A stretch of DNA of 64,000 bases from Nitrospirales bacterium (GTDB lineage: Bacteria > Nitrospirota > Nitrospiria > Nitrospirales > UBA8639), in the NCBI GenBank assembly GCA_965203295.1, contig CBDBCZ010000014.1, forward strand, positions 352,001 through 416,000, written 5' to 3'. The notes under the pieces were generated by a model that saw only the letters and a list, made by a program, of their open reading frames with translations, was not told the origin of the DNA and searched no databases. Made by a program: the position numbers and the translations under genes. Each line of letters opens with the position of its first letter. Position 1 is the first letter of the stretch. Below, piece after piece: positions 47,034-62,400 of this stretch.

Positions 47034-50000
47034 TATATGGTATTGTTTGATGTTGTTCTAATGGTTCAGCATGGGGAGTATAATCTAGCTGATCTTGTGA
47101 TTGCAAATGTAATGATCATCAAATCACTCCCAAGAATTAATTGTCCTGCACTAATTTTTGATGCTCTATAAAGTGTACGTGTGTATAGGCATGAGGAAAT
47201 TATGCTCAAAACGTATTCCATTATGCTTTTCTTCAATGCTTGCAAACCTAACTAATTTTTCTTTCAAAGTAATCCCATTATGCTCCATTATGCTCAGCTG
47301 CATGACTGACATGACATCACAAACAAGATCAATAACAGTTAGAATATGCGCCAATGCAAATACGGCCAAAGCCATATAATCATTGCTGGTAGTACTGCAA
47401 CATGATAGATGTTTCAATATAATCATGCAGACAGATATTCTGCTGGCTTCCAAAAAAACACCGTTCTGTACATGCAGAGGATGGCTGCACAAGTAAGACT
47501 AAGACCGTATACATTATTTGGCCTATTATTCCGGAATTATGCTCGATTCTTATGTGAACCTATTATGCTGCTTTCCTCATGCATACGTGTGTACCAGTTA
47601 ATATACTTTGGACTGCAATTGCCAAGGAGAAAGACCTGTCTGGCAGTTTTTACTAGTGTCACACAGTAGAATGGCTGCCTGCCCACTCCAGAATTACTCA
47701 TCCCATTAGAACACCAGTAAGGGTGCTTACAGATGTGTGACTGCATGGGTGAGTCTTTGACACTGGCTGGAGTCTGGGTACAGCAGCACCTCTGGTGAGT
47801 AGAACTTATGCCACCAAAATATAATTAGAGATGTGAGTATAAGTCTATCATTATTAAAAAAAAATTGGTCATGTAGGGATGCACTTCAACCAAAAAAACA
47901 CTTCCCCAAAAACCAGTGAAACAAGTGACAATGCACACCGCAATGCATGCACAGACTACCCACACATCACAGCGCAATGCATTTACTGGGTACCTACCAT
48001 CCCTCATATATATCATACATCAGAATTTTTTATGGCTACCTACCAAGTTTTCGCCATCAAGGCAACAAAACAACCTTCATTTGCTGTAGCTTGGCCTACA
48101 AACCTCCAAATACTGTTACATAATGATACTGCAGTTGCATAGTAATGCATGATGTAATATATTGCACATGTGATAAGTGCAGACGCATAAACAAACGAGC
48201 ACATGTAAAGCAATATTAGGACCAGCTGTTCGCACGCTTCACACACTCCAGCTGGCAACAAAGACCACATGTACATGACCCAACAAGAGTGAGTACTTAG
48301 ACTTCAAGCACTGCCCTAGTGGTTTGCACCAATACTGGTATTTGTACTATAGTGCGTGGGCGGTTCAAAGGCGCCAGTAGCCGTTTAAACGACAAAGACA
48401 GCTGTTCAAGCTATATGGTAGTCAGAGCACACACTCTAACTACTGTAATTGGTAGCTAGAGCACAGAAAACGTCTTTGAGTTGCTGCAAACCCACAAATG
48501 AGATTATTCATGAGGTGTATTATAAACAGTACAAGCCACTTTGGATGATGCCATTTCATGGACATACAGGCTTCATTGATAGACATGAGGCAGGTGGTCT
48601 ATCAATGAGTGGTCTCAATGAAGCCTCTCCTGTATTTCCTGTAAACTGAATACCATCATCTTAGTATAGCTTAGAGCATGGGCAGCTATGTTCTAACTAG
48701 GCCGAGGCGAAGCCGAGGTCTAGTTAGAACATAGAGCTGCTCATGCTCTGAGCCATTTAGTATATGCACATCTTCAGCTTCTTATGCTGTATGGGATTTT
48801 TACTATACTCATTATTCCATACACTTGGTATTATAGTAACATATACTAACTATAACATATGGCATGGGGGATCAGCCAATAGCAACCCTCATATACACTG
48901 ACGTACTCCATTATTCATCCAAGTGGGCCTCACCTTTTGCCCGGTAGCATTCTTGATTTCTTTCCGGTTTTTCCACTTGTCCTTTCCAGGTACCTGTCAG
49001 CTGGGAAAGGAAACACACAGAGAGTCAACGTTGCCTCCACCCTGCTCATTTCCTACATGTACAACCACAGAGAAGTGAACTCTAATATTATTCATCCTGC
49101 ACTAAAACATACAGGCTGGAAGTTTGCAGTTCTCTGTTTGCGGGAACATTTTAATACAAACTACACAGCAAATTCAATTCTGAAAGTGTGACGTCAGGGC
49201 AGTCTACAGTCATTGAATGGACTGGACTGGTGGACTGGACAAATGGACTGGATTGGTGGACTGGACTAAAATGACTTTTTGTCTCTTCACAACAGCTTAT
49301 AGAAAGGAGTTGCACTACGTATATAACTCTGTAACTTGCCACAGTCATCCTCATTGAGGCATGCAGCATTGAAGTCCCATTAAAAATAACCATTGGTTTG
49401 TATTAATTTGCATGGTTAATGTTGCATAGCATGTCACAGGCTTTATATATGTGGAAGTGCATCATGTTTGATTGTCATCTTCCTACTACATGTAGTAAAT
49501 GAAAGCACAGATGTGCACAACTCTCGGCGCGATTATGATGACATAATGTATGCTATACTTTGGCATCTAGAATGAGTAAGCAGAGAAAAATGTACAATTA
49601 CAGTTATCGTACGTTATAAATTACAAAGGTTTATACTTTATAGGTTTAATATTTGTTTTTGTATCCCATAGCCGCCCATAGTATCTTTTTTTGTCAATAA
49701 CATTACACTGCCTGTTAATCTTTTATTATCTCATGCGTGGGCACAAGATACAAGCTAAAAGCTGGGGGCATACGGGGAGAAGACATATGTGTTGCATCGT
49801 ACTGTAATAAGTCTCCAATACGTGTCATCGAAATGAGCAGCTTGATATGGGAGTAGAACAGAACCTCATTCACCGTCCTGACATTTTAGTTCCAAACCGA
49901 AAACAAGTGTTTTTACGTCAAGCATGAGAGGCGTGTCTGACATGCCCACAGATCTGGCTAGCCAGTATAGTAGTTTCTAGTCACAGTATGTGACAGTGTT

Positions 50001-50230
50001 AGAAACAGCAGCTAACCTACCAATAGCCTCCTGTAGTCACTAAAAATCTTCTGATGTATCTACTGGTAGTCGAAACCATCAAAACTGGTTGTGGTGAGCA
50101 AGTCACCTTTAAATGAAATATTTTTAGTGAAATTCACGAGTCAAAAACCTTCAATACCACATACGCTTTCGAATCGTATCTTACCTTGCACCCATACATT
50201 AATTGCATAGCTGTTAGCGAGGTAGCAGAT

Positions 50231-50413
<183 letters not shown>

Positions 50414-53400
50414 GAGTACTGTAGCCCTCACTACACATGCATGTCTAGGGTTAACGAGGCCATGTTTGTAACTGATAGCAATGAAGTGCACAATTTGTGT
50501 TCAGTGTGTTAGGTGTTATACCAAGTGTGTTAGGTGTTATACCTAGGAACCAAGTCATTATACTGGCCAGAATCATGTAGTGGGAATGACATGGGTTCCA
50601 GCCAATATTCCAAGGCACATGTTTGAAATGACCCCTCTAGCAGTGACGTGGATGTCCCCTTCAAACTCATAGCACACTAAGATTTAGAGAAATGGGCAAC
50701 TTTATCACACAGTTTTATCAAGGAAGGATTGCTAGGTTAGTAGAATCACTGTAACCACTGATAATTTGGGTTAAGTAGTGTTCATTAACCAATGACCTCA
50801 CAATCCCAGCTGGTGTGGGCAACAGTATAGGGTTTCACCATATGCTCTGGGCATACACCTAACCAGGAAGTGAAAGTATTCACATAGCAGACAGACAGAC
50901 TGGGGTCAACAGATGCCTTCTAAGGACAGCTAAGAATGTCCCAATACATATTCCAGCATGCTATCTCATGTGTGCACATAAACAAGCACTGCTCTAGAAA
51001 GATGTTGGTTAGCCTTCAGATACTGTATCAGTATGCTCTGATATCGATTTTATGTAGCACTCTAGCATTTTGCCTATCCAGTGACCACTTTATACCATTG
51101 TTCGGCTCCCTTCTTCCTCTGACACTCCCGATTTTGTTGGTGCCTAGTTCCTTACAGAAATCCGTTACTTTTAACTACTTGTATCTCGTATTGGATCAAC
51201 TGTGGAGGCTCACCACTCTGTATTAGGCAGCAGTTCAAGGTGATTTTGAAGTTTGAATCCATACTCCATGCCCAACAGTGCCCTGCATTCACCTAGACAG
51301 AACAGAAACAACCTTGGTTAGTACACAGGGGTTTGTTCCAGCTTACTTAACCAAGCCCACTGTAAAGGAGTAGAATGCCCAGCAATGGCCTATACAACAA
51401 ATTCCATATACCTTCCATGTAATACACTTTTCATGGGGAATGAAAGAAAGATATTTTAGGCTTCTATGTAATAGTTACAGATCAGAGATACACATTTGCA
51501 GGAGACCATATCCCTCGTCCTCCAGTGATGCATGATTTCTAAAACCACTATGGAAGATGCTAGCCACTCAAATTAAGCTGTGCTCCTAACCTAGTCTCGT
51601 GCCCTGACCTTACAAAAAGCAGAGGGTAGGGTCACCAAACATGATGCAGATCTGTAGATTTTCATTACTTATAATAATAATAGTATGTGTTAAGCCACAA
51701 ATAGCATTAATCTGGCTTCATAATGTTTACTTGCTGAAGTGATTTTTTGGATGTGGCAAATCCAAAAGCTACCTTGCCCAGCCAGCTTTTGCTAATATTT
51801 CAGTACAACAACTTGCAAACTTGCAGGAAGCACTTGGCCATTGCCAAGTTTAGCTTTTACAAGTATACATATCCACTATTCACACGTACCTACTTGACAT
51901 GAGGGTTCTCAAACTGAAAGCCAGAATGTGTCTGTGGATCTTGCACTAGCTATAGGGTCAAGTTATTCCCCAGACCCTTTATTCTTCAGTTTATGTCTCG
52001 TAGGGTCTGGGCACGAGACTACTTCTATGTGGACACACATGTAAAAACAAATGAGTCTTCCAAATATGGGGCTGTGAGTGCTCCATGAATACGGTATGAG
52101 AATCCATCACAACAATTTTGATTAAAAAGGAGTATCTAGAGCAGCTTTTAATTTTTCGATGCATGCCAGATGCAATGTAGAAGCAAGCATGGAAGAAATA
52201 AACTTCTAGATACACTTCCAAGTGTAAAGATTTTTAAATAAATAATGTAAATCTACACAAAACTGGTAGCCTCTACTGCAACAGATGAACTAACCTTCCT
52301 TTAATGATGCATAGACTAAAACGAGTCAACGAGTCAAGTTTTCCTCATTCTCAGGCCCTTTTCACACACTATTTCATTTGCACAAGAGGGGAAAGCCTGG
52401 AAACGTGGCTATACTTTCATGTACATAATTATTCGAATGACACAACTGGTGTCTAAACAATTTGTGATCCCCACACTCGCATGATAATTAATGAGGGACC
52501 CTATGTAGCGTGGTAAGTGCTCGTTCACCTTTACATGCTCAACACCTGTCATCCCTGACAAGAAAGGGAAAAGACTGATAGGTCTATGTAGCTAACTCTA
52601 AAGAGAGATGACATTCAGGAAAGTCAATTCTTCTGCTCAACCATCCATCACAGTTTTCTCAGCAAGGACACCTACACTGACAGGTGCATTAATTAAGGCA
52701 GAGACACATGCCCTGTGCAAGAGAGCAAAGTATAAATTCCAGGCTATCAGCGTATGTGCAGCTACCCAGTCTCCACAAGTGGCATGGTATGCAATGGCAA
52801 TACTGAATAGGCAGTTTATTACCCCAATGGCAGTACTGACTAGGTCACAGTTTATTATCCACTTTTTATGGCACAGGCATCCAACAAGTAGGCCACCATC
52901 ATTCTCAATCAGTCACGAGTCATAGAAAAACATTGTAGCAAATATCACTCTTCTGAGAACGCGTTTTTTTTTGCCAGTGAAGAGGCCAGGTTTATGCTAC
53001 ATTGGTGGTGGTAAGCTCTGAGTATGGTAGTACTCCATAGGCAGGGATGGCATGGGGAAAAAATGGCCACTGCATATCATACAATTAGAACTTGGCTTTA
53101 TTTACAGTCACAAGCTTTTATGAGCCATACCATGGCACATCAAGTATTTTCATCAACAACAAGGCTGTTAGCATTGCCAGAAGCTTCGCTGGAGTACCAC
53201 ACCAGCAAGACGCCACACTGGGGGGACTGGCCAAATGATCTATTACTTTCTTTCTCTCTTTTTTGTTTCTTCAACCAGGCTAGCACAAGGATGGGCTTAA
53301 GCGATCACAATGATTTAAGTGTGAACAAGCTGGATATTCTCTGGGGTATTGCACTTGGAGCATAGCATTTTCAAAGAAATCAAATAGGTTCAGCAGTGAT

Positions 53401-54534
53401 TCACAAGTACTCTTGCCTTTTAACACCATTTAACAAACTTTGAACTTTGAGTTCATCTATATAATCAATCCTATAGCCACAACTATCCTCACAGGTGAAC
53501 CAAACATGTAAACCATGACTTCTCCCACAACATCCTTCCTGTTTGATATGCAAAGGAATGTATGAAGTACTGGGCAAGTCGCACAAACATACTGGTAGTG
53601 ATTTTGGAGCTGTTTGCATATTTATTACTCTTGCTTTCAGTTACTGTTGTTGTCTTTGAATGTGTTATTCTCATTATAGTTGTAGCTGAATGGATGATCA
53701 TGCAAATATAGCATAATTAGATGAGCATACTTGCCAGGGCTACCGACACTTTGCAGTGACTATTTTTGTTGAAGAGTGGATGGGTTTATTTTTGGAGACT
53801 ACATACACTTTTCAGCACAGGTTACACGCCCAGTACATGTACACCCCAGTACACGCCCAGTACATGTACACGTACATAGCTTTCATGTTTAATTATCTTA
53901 ACAGGTTAGTTAATAAAACAGCAACCACAATTGTACATGTAAAGCCACACCAAATTTCATGCTAATGGATAACTTCTGGATACTAGTACATATTATTGCA
54001 GAGAGTAAACACCTCAGTCTGTAATAGGCACCTGTACATTATGCTCAAAACTTAGCTCAATACACTATTTCATAACTTCCCACATTATGCTTGATTACAA
54101 GGACATTATCATGTGGCATAATAGCTATTGGGGCGTTGTTCTGGTTGTAATTCTATGCGTAGGTATGTACGTACGGGTGCACAGTCCTATATACCACAAA
54201 TGGCCAACAAAACGTTTTGTAGCTCTAGGGGACGGGTGAGGACGCCGCCTCAAAAACCTTGGCTTCCAAGTAAGAAGCTGTGCTGCAGAAGATTGGGCCT
54301 GAATGCATCAAATTCTCAGTGAGGTGGCAAAAATTTCAGTGTGGTAGCGGTTTTACCACTCAGATTCCAGCTATTTTACTTTAAAAACTGCTAAACTTAC
54401 ACAAGATCACTCGCGGAGCGGCTATTATTGCTCCTCTCTGCCCGAGATGTTTTCTTTACATATCAGCCAACATCGCTAATTGCATTCCACTATTAGCTCA
54501 CGTGATCTCTTCCAACCTCCTCTGTAGTTAGCCT

Positions 54535-54617
54535 TAGCCTCGTTCCCAGGCTCCACTCCACGGCTTTTTATACACTGTGCAATAAAAGCTGGGGAGTGGA
54601 GCCTGGGAACAAGGCTA
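54535..54617. mobile_element. 83-bp hairpin MITE with TAG..CTA (Academ-like) termini
   Basis: TAGCCTCGTTCCCAGGCTCCACTCC...GGAGTGGAGCCTGGGAACAAGGCTA; no clear TSD. Confidence 0.7.
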
Positions 54618-56578
54618 TAGCTAAATCATTTTCACAGCTCACTTTTTGCAGGTGCATTGTAGTGTAGAGTGTATAGGTAATTATTTAATTGCAATAGGAC
54701 AGCCTACAGTTTACATAGCTGGGACAATTGTGCACTCTGCAACCCAGCTGCACATGAGATCACCACCACTATTACAAATTTTTCCTCTCCTTAAGTTACT
54801 ACTCTGGTAAAAGTTGCCATACAGGCTGGTAGTAACCATTTTCCCATCTAGACATGTGAGCTCTGATGGGGATAAAGGTCATTCAGTCACAGCTAGGACA
54901 CAGTACTGAGACCATGCAAAGATCAGCTTAAAAAGTTGGTTCCCTCCAAAAAAACTTAGCCATCGTCCAAAATGTACTGCAATAAGAATTGCTCATTAAT
55001 GTATTCTAGGCTTCGGCCACAACTACTTGATCACTTGCATGAAGACGGAGGGATGGTAATCATGCTGGTTCCCTAGCCTTGTGCCCAGCTAGCTGTTCAA
55101 ACTTTTTATCTCTCGCAGGAAGAAACAGTAGCGAAAATGTTGGGAGGGCTGGTAAGCTATATTGAGTTGACTAGTTGTTTCATGGGCCAATGGTAGGTCA
55201 GCTTGAAAATAAGCAATTCACACTTACTCAACTTCCTGCATGTTTGTAAGCAGGAAAAGTAATCAAGTAGACCACCCCCCCCCCCAGCTCTGTCCTTGAA
55301 AGTTTTGAATCCAGCAATAAAAAGTACAAAATATGTGCATGCACGATTAACTTGTGGTTCGCAGCTAGGGCGTCTATCTGGAGTTTTTTAGTGAAAAGGA
55401 GCTAGAAAAACTAGCAAAATAATGCTATGTGTGTGGGCCTCTAACCTAAATGTAACTTTTGAGAATCTGTATTCAGTGTGGTTTGGTTGGAGAGGGGGGG
55501 GGTGAAATAAATCAATTTGGAGTGGCCTTCAATAGTTTTGCGGGCCAATTAAACTAACTTTTCACTGGCTCCATGGGAAAAGTATAGTCTAGTCATCCAC
55601 TTATCCCATTTTTGGACCTTGGTGCACAATTATTTTACTGCTCATTCATGACATCACAAACAAAATGTACCGGTTGTCACATCTTGCTCCTGTTCTTCTT
55701 CGAAGCCAGGTGTCAGATAAGCAGCCTGAATTTCTCAGCCAACATCAAGGTCTGCAGTCTGTTAGCACACGGCCAGAAATAGAAAGCCATCTTATGTGAC
55801 ATCACATATTTAATCGGGAAAAAAGCCAGCATTCCAGTTCTTTTACACCAAAATGGAATAAGCAGATGATCAGACTTATACTTGTCTGACAGAGGCAGTG
55901 AAACATTAGTCTGGCCCATGAGACTAGCCTTACGAGACTACTAGCTGTTTCCAAAGCCTTGGACTCCTGTCACGAACCCTGAGTTAACCCGAGCTTATAA
56001 GACCAGGGTCCCACACACGAGAACTAAAACTTCTCTAATTAATTAGCAAATTTTCTAGGTCTGTTTCCAGGCTTCTGCCAAGTTCATGCTTCTTGAGAAA
56101 GTGGTCGCTGAATGAGACCCACAAATTAAATTACTTTACAGTAACCCTCACTTTCTGCAGATCTTCACCCGCTAAAGTAGGAGCTCAGATTCCCAGCAAG
56201 CCGAGCAGCAAGCACCACGTGTTTAGTATTAATTTCGCCTCAGCTCCGCCTATTTTTCGAATATTAAATTTTAGCGATAGCGTTCGCGTTCGCGTTCAGC
56301 GCGCGTCTCGCAACTACGATGTCTTGGCCATAGATAACACTATAGCTCCGTAATGGAGGTATATATATTATTTAGAAGCTATAAAAGCTATAAAAGTACA
56401 AACAACCTTTTTAGCTATCAGCGCTACGTGTATCGAAAGCAGGGCGGGGCTAAGCTAGAGGTGGGGCTTTCATGATTATGAATACGATAATAACTACTGA
56501 ACGTATATTTACTGGCTGCAAAGGTCTTGCAACAGTTTAGTATTCGCTAGCGCTACTGCATTCCTGTAGTCTTCCGAG

Positions 56579-56815
56579 ATGCGGCGGTGCATTCGCAGCT
56601 GTTTCATTGGCATAGTCCTGCTACTAACTGCCACATGCGCTGCAGCTGTTGCGCAGTACCTGTACCCGTACGGAGATGAGGACCCGGCGCTGACGCTCTA
56701 CCCCTATGGAGAAGATGAAGGGGACGAGACGTTGCCTAAAGGTGATAGCGAGCTCGTGAACACTACGCTCGCAAGGCCCTTTCCGTTCTATGGATCAGCG
56801 GACAGCATCGTTTAT
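56579..56815 (+). CDS. First coding exon of a secreted NIDO-domain (nidogen/tectorin/SUSD2-like) host protein
   Basis: Hydrophobic signal peptide, then LYPYG..GD..LPKGD...LARPFPFYG....VY typical of NIDO N-termini; phase-0 donor |GTAAG; CpG-rich upstream region with GGGCGG box at ~56441. Confidence 0.8.
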
Positions 56816-59046
56816 GTAAGCTAATAATGAAGTTTATTTACGCGTAGATATTAACGCTGCAGATACAGGTAATTGATTAATTGAGAATGGACCTGCAATC
56901 TACTACTTGCTGCAGCCAATAGGAGGCTGTGTGGCTCAGTGCACTATGCTGCATCGCAGCTTGGTACCATCATTGCAAATTAATTAGCATTCTCCCGACT
57001 ACAGGAATCTGTCCTGTTTTCAGTGATGGTAGCATAGACTCACAACTGTATGTATCTCAAATTGTTTTGAAGGAGATATTTACATTTTATAAAAGCGGTG
57101 CAGTCTATGAAATTGTGCTGCACAGTTTATTAATGGTTAGGGTTACTTGTTTCTCGGGCGGTCCTGTCAATGTCGGTAGGTTAGCTTGAAAAAGAAGAAT
57201 GTAAATTATGACAACTTGGTACTACCGAGCTTAGTGGTGAAAGTTGCTCCAATTGTGTAGCTGCCTTCACTGTCACACTTAGCTGCTGCCCACTTGATAC
57301 CATAATTGCTATTGTTGCTGATTTTCAAGTTTAACTGGGATGGTTACACTTTTTGGGCTGAGAAGCAACCAATTAATTTGGAATAGCCTTAGGGTTACGG
57401 TTAGCCCATATAATGGTAGATTTATAGAATACACAATGTGAAATCGTACCAATTCACAGAATGCACCCAACATTTTTATGCCGCTCCTTGCCATTTCTGT
57501 ATTTATTTCATCAGGGGTAACGTCACCGTATTCTGGTTCCAATACAATTTACGGACACCAAGAAGGCCCATACGTCAGATCATCATGACACGCAATTTAT
57601 AAAGCATTTCAGGAGGTTTGCTCTGGTACAAAGACAAATTTGGCAAGCAGAGGGATAAGGATTGCACTCAGAGATCTCATAATGAACGTAAACCTATTAG
57701 TATAATTGAAAGAGGAATTCAAAATTATTGACACAGCACAGTGCCTAAAGTCCTCTCCTGTGTTTTCCATTATAGTTCTGGCAGTTATCAGGGTATGTAT
57801 AATTATTGTTCTCAAAACAAACCATTGTAGTGGAATAGGATCTCCCAGCTTATCTGATGAGTACTTGATCCAGTTCCTATCCTGTACGCTCTTGTGACTG
57901 GCACAGTTGCAGCGTCTGTCCATAGCCTGTGTATAACTGGCCTCCGCCGTATCCGAGGATTAAAATTGGGTGATCACAAAGAAGTGCAACCAATGCTATA
58001 GCAATAAATGAAATGGCTTTGCTTTTTTCAGTTACACAGTCACCTGTCTTTTGTTGTTTGTTAAGCTACTTATGAGTACGAAAGTCCGAGATTTCAATTT
58101 CTTTCGCCTGGACAGACAGACAGCTGTCAGACAGAAGACATCTTCCTGTTTTTTCTTTCAAACAGACTGAAGCCTTTTGTCTTCAGAGGTACAGAGGATT
58201 CCAGTGGCTTAGTGTTGTTTTAGTTAACTGAAACTAAAAACAAAAAGTGGTTTAGTGGGAACAAAAACAGAATTAGTTAGCCAGATTTTTTTACTAAAAC
58301 TAAATCTAAGCCATACTAAAACAACACTACTGATTGGCTGAGTGGCTGGAATCAGGATTCAAAATAGCATGAGTATAATTATTTAAAAGCTCTACCAAGA
58401 TTCTTGTAAAGTGGATCCTAAAAAGCCTGCCTTTTGGCCATATCAATACATCAGAGCAACACTCAGAGATGAGTTTAATTTAAATGAGGAAGACAGGCTC
58501 TAAGTTATACAGCAAACCTACTGGAGTGTAATGCAACTGAGTAATTAAAGTTGCTGTTTACAGGCAGCCTTTGCCCCCTCAGTGTGGCGTATTTGTTGTA
58601 GTAGTAAAGAGCTGTGAAAATAGTGGAATTGTGAAGAATAGAACCGCTTTGGACTCTATCAGGTACACATACATTAGAACACAACTGATCACAATGTTAC
58701 CGTTGCACTCAGCCCTGTAAATCATCTGTATGAACTTGAACTTGCCTAATTAGCCCTCTTGTGTGCATGCACATGGGGTATATGTCACATGTACACTGCA
58801 ACATTCTGCGATTCTTTAGTGTTGCATGCTGCTAGCATATCAATGGCTAGACCTGGATGACAATTCTAGTGCGAACATGATATGGCTAAACCAAGACTCT
58901 GGAAAGGGGTATTATCATTTAGGCAGTAACACATGTACTTAGTACAGTGTGTAGTGATTCAGGGCCTCAAGTAAGGTGGTAGCACTGCCCATTTGTGTAG
59001 TGATTGAGCTAGATTGGGCAGTGATAAAATGCAAGTTGGGCTCACT

Positions 59047-59462
59047 TAGTCTCGCGGGCCAGACTAACTTTTCGCCGTGGGAAAAGTTTAGTCTGGTCAT
59101 CCGCTTATCACGTTTTTGTGCATGGTATTGACAATTATTTCTACGTCACGTAATTTGAATGATAATTGGGGACGTCACAGGCGAACATGAACCAGTCTTA
59201 TACGGCTTGCTCTCGTTCTTTTTGAAGCCTGGTAGAGGCTAATTTCAGACAACCAGCCCGAATCGCTCAGTCAACAACGAAATCAGCAGCTAGCTAGCGC
59301 GCTACTGAAAACGGAATTTCATTGTACGTGACGTCACGTGTTTAATTGCAAAAGAACAATGCGGCAGCATTCCGGCGCACTTGCACCAAAATGGAATAAG
59401 CAGATGGCTAGACTTACTTTTCCCACGGAGGCGGCGAAAAGTTAGTCTGGCCCGCGAGACTA
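59047..59462. mobile_element. Non-autonomous AcademH-type MITE; degenerate relative at ~55533-55926
   Basis: TIR TAGTCTCGCGGGCCAGACTAACTTTTCGCC; perfect 9-bp TSD GGGCTCACT (59038-46 / 59463-71). Confidence 0.92.
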
Positions 59463-62400
59463 GGGCTCACTGGCACACTCCCAGTCAGTTAATTTCATTG
59501 TCCTAAGCACTTAAAAGAATTTTTATTAAAAGACAATCTTAGTTGGCTAGTTAACCACCAGTCCTGGCTCTCAAGACCAGGCTAGTGCTTTTTATTTCTC
59601 TAAATGATTTGTCTTGTAACTGTTTATATCCTATTTCTAAACTCCTTTTATCTGGAGTATGGCAGAGGGCCTGGGCTGGGGAGGCTGTTGGTTCGGTATA
59701 TTTATTTTGATCTTTCATAAGCTTTTTAAGGTTTTTACATTTTGATGGAGACCCCTGGCTTTCAGGACCAGGAACTTGCCTCTCACCAGTGTTAATCAGA
59801 GGGAAGGCCTCTTTGATCCCCTTTTTTAGTCTTCAATTCTTTGTACCTTTGTGCGGTTGACATTGCAGGCTGGGTGGCTTCTGGTTCTTTCCAGGTTCTG
59901 GGCTCTCTTGGCAGCTGCCAGAGTTCCAGCTCTTCTCTCGTTCCTGTTCTTTTAGTGGTTCAATCTTAGTTTTTACCAGCCGGAGCGTGCGCAGTGCGTG
60001 AACGGCTGGTCCTAAGTTTGCTTTACGTTTTCCGTGTTTGTTTGTTTGTTTGTACATCCGCACTTATCACGCGCGCAGTATGTTACGTCATACATTACTA
60101 TGCAACTGCAGTATATAGCAGCTTTTGGAGGTTTGCAGGCCAAGCTACAACAAATGATGGTACATGTAGTTGTGTGTTGCGTAGGTGGCGAAAAATTGGT
60201 AGGCAGCCGTAAAGATCCTGTTTTTGTGGTGTATAGCTACTAACTGGAAGTGCATGATGAAACTACAGAGTCAGCATTTTGAAATTCGCTGTACTGCGTT
60301 GATTGCTTATCAGTTTCTGCAGGATGCCTATTGTAGCATACGTAATTACTAGTAAGTTGTACCTGCAGTTAGCTTGGCCTAAGCTGAGTTGTGTGTACAT
60401 ACGTATTGTACAGGAAAGGTGACCGGCTGGTTTTTTAGACATAGCATGTCAGGACTTGTTACTTCTTAAAGCTGAATGTTATGCAACTAGCTTGTTTATG
60501 ATACACTTAGAAAAAAAAGATTAGGATATGTGGGAGTAAATTACTTGGTATGGGGTTAGGATAGGTAGGGCTGAATTAGATGTGCAATAATATTGATTAG
60601 GATGCCTTTAGTTTTCATGTACACCATGTAACATGCTCCAACTTCGTCAAGAAGTAGTGGTGTACCTTTTCTGTTGCAATTGCTGTACATGAATCATATA
60701 TTCCGGTGTTAATCAAAGTTGTGGCCTCAAATTAGAGCTGGCACTATCAGTGGAACTTCTGCCCGACCAGAGATTTTTTAATTGATTGACAGCACTATTA
60801 AAATGTCCTGGAGTGCTCCTGTTTGTGACTGCAGAAGGCTTGACCATGTAAATTAAGGAAATGCTGCTACTAGGGGCGTGTAAACATAGACCTACATAAA
60901 TGCTACAGCTGTCCTATGTAGCACTGAGGTGCAAAACCACTGTATGTGTCTAAGCTTTCCAATAGAGACCCCTGCTGGTTTCAGGCAAGACCTAAATCAA
61001 AACGAAACTAAGGCACTTCTTCCTAAAAGCGCACCTGGAATATCTTTGGTCCCCCTTTTAAAGTCCTTTTGTTGTTTTCTCTTTCTTGCAATTGTTGTGG
61101 GTTCAGTGTTTTTTCCCAGGTTTGGTTGAGTTCTTTTATTCTTTTTGCAGCACTGTGCATATTTATAAGATCATAGCATTGTGTAGTCAAAACCTGGGGT
61201 ATGCATGTAGAGTGGAACAGGTTTAGTTAGGCTTTGGGCTAACTGAATGATGTAATCATTATGACACCTTTTAGTTTTTGTAATACTTTTGTCAATTGTT
61301 GGCCTGTGTTTGTTTAACACTAAGCATGCATGTACTTTCTCCACAAATTACAGAGATAAATTGCATAGTTTAGCTTTTGCTATCATTTCTTCTTTCAGAG
61401 TTGTGAATTCCTATAGCACCAGTTTCATTTTAAGCTGCACAAGTGTACCACACTACGCATGTGGGTCTGCAGAGTGATGGAATGATTACGAGAAATAATG
61501 CTAATGGCTTTCAGTGCAAAACAGGCTGGCAATGGAGACTGGGAGTGAGGATGATGGGGGCGAATTCAGAGACACTAATATACTTTGTACCAGATTATCA
61601 CCTAGTGTGCATGCACAATGTACATGATTATGTACATTCCATTAACATAATCTAATTCCTGCAAGAGTAAACAAGTTGCTGTGTCTAGAACTTGAGGGTG
61701 GGTTATCTCAGAATCCCTGCAGTTTCATTTGCTACACCTTTGGAAGAGAGTGCATCGCTAATGTATGTGTGGGTGCCTGCATTTTCACTACATAGACTAA
61801 GGTAAGGCTGTTTGCATGATATAATATTAGTAATATATAAACCATGGTTCATATGGTATATGCTATAATCATGACGTCACTCAATCGTCGTTCCTAGCAC
61901 GTGCACGTGAACAAATTTGAATTTTGAATTGGAAGTGAAGCTTATATGTAGTGTTACTGAGTCTTTTTGTTAGTTCAAGCATACATGTATACTCCCTTCT
62001 CTGCTCAATCAGCAAACTGTGCACTTTAAGAATTGTATGGCTTCTGTTTTGGCTGTTGTATGTTAGCGGTGTGTATATCTGCATATACCTCCATGGTGGT
62101 TTATACAGGTATCTAAGCTGAATATACCACCTGCACTTAGTACAGTGTGACGTCATGATTATGGTATATGCGATTATAATAGTGATCTGCTGTCAGATGT
62201 GGACTGTATGTTGCTGCAGTGCCCACTTGGCGTGGGTGATTTGCATGGTTGTATCAGATGTAGAAAGAGCAACAATACAGATGTTGTAGCTGTTACTTAT
62301 CATGGAGTCAGTATGGTAGCTACTTCTTATCATGGAGTCAATATGGTAGCATTCGTTGGGCATGGCACGGGAATGCATTACCAGCTGAATTTATATGTTC

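Noticed and set aside
51592..52021. Further Academ-like MITE with TAGTCTCGTGCCC ends
   Set aside because: Ends are visible but the flanks give no convincing TSD, so it is not listed as a firm feature
57850..57890. CTGATGAG as a second hammerhead
   Set aside because: No stem II or GAAA core follows
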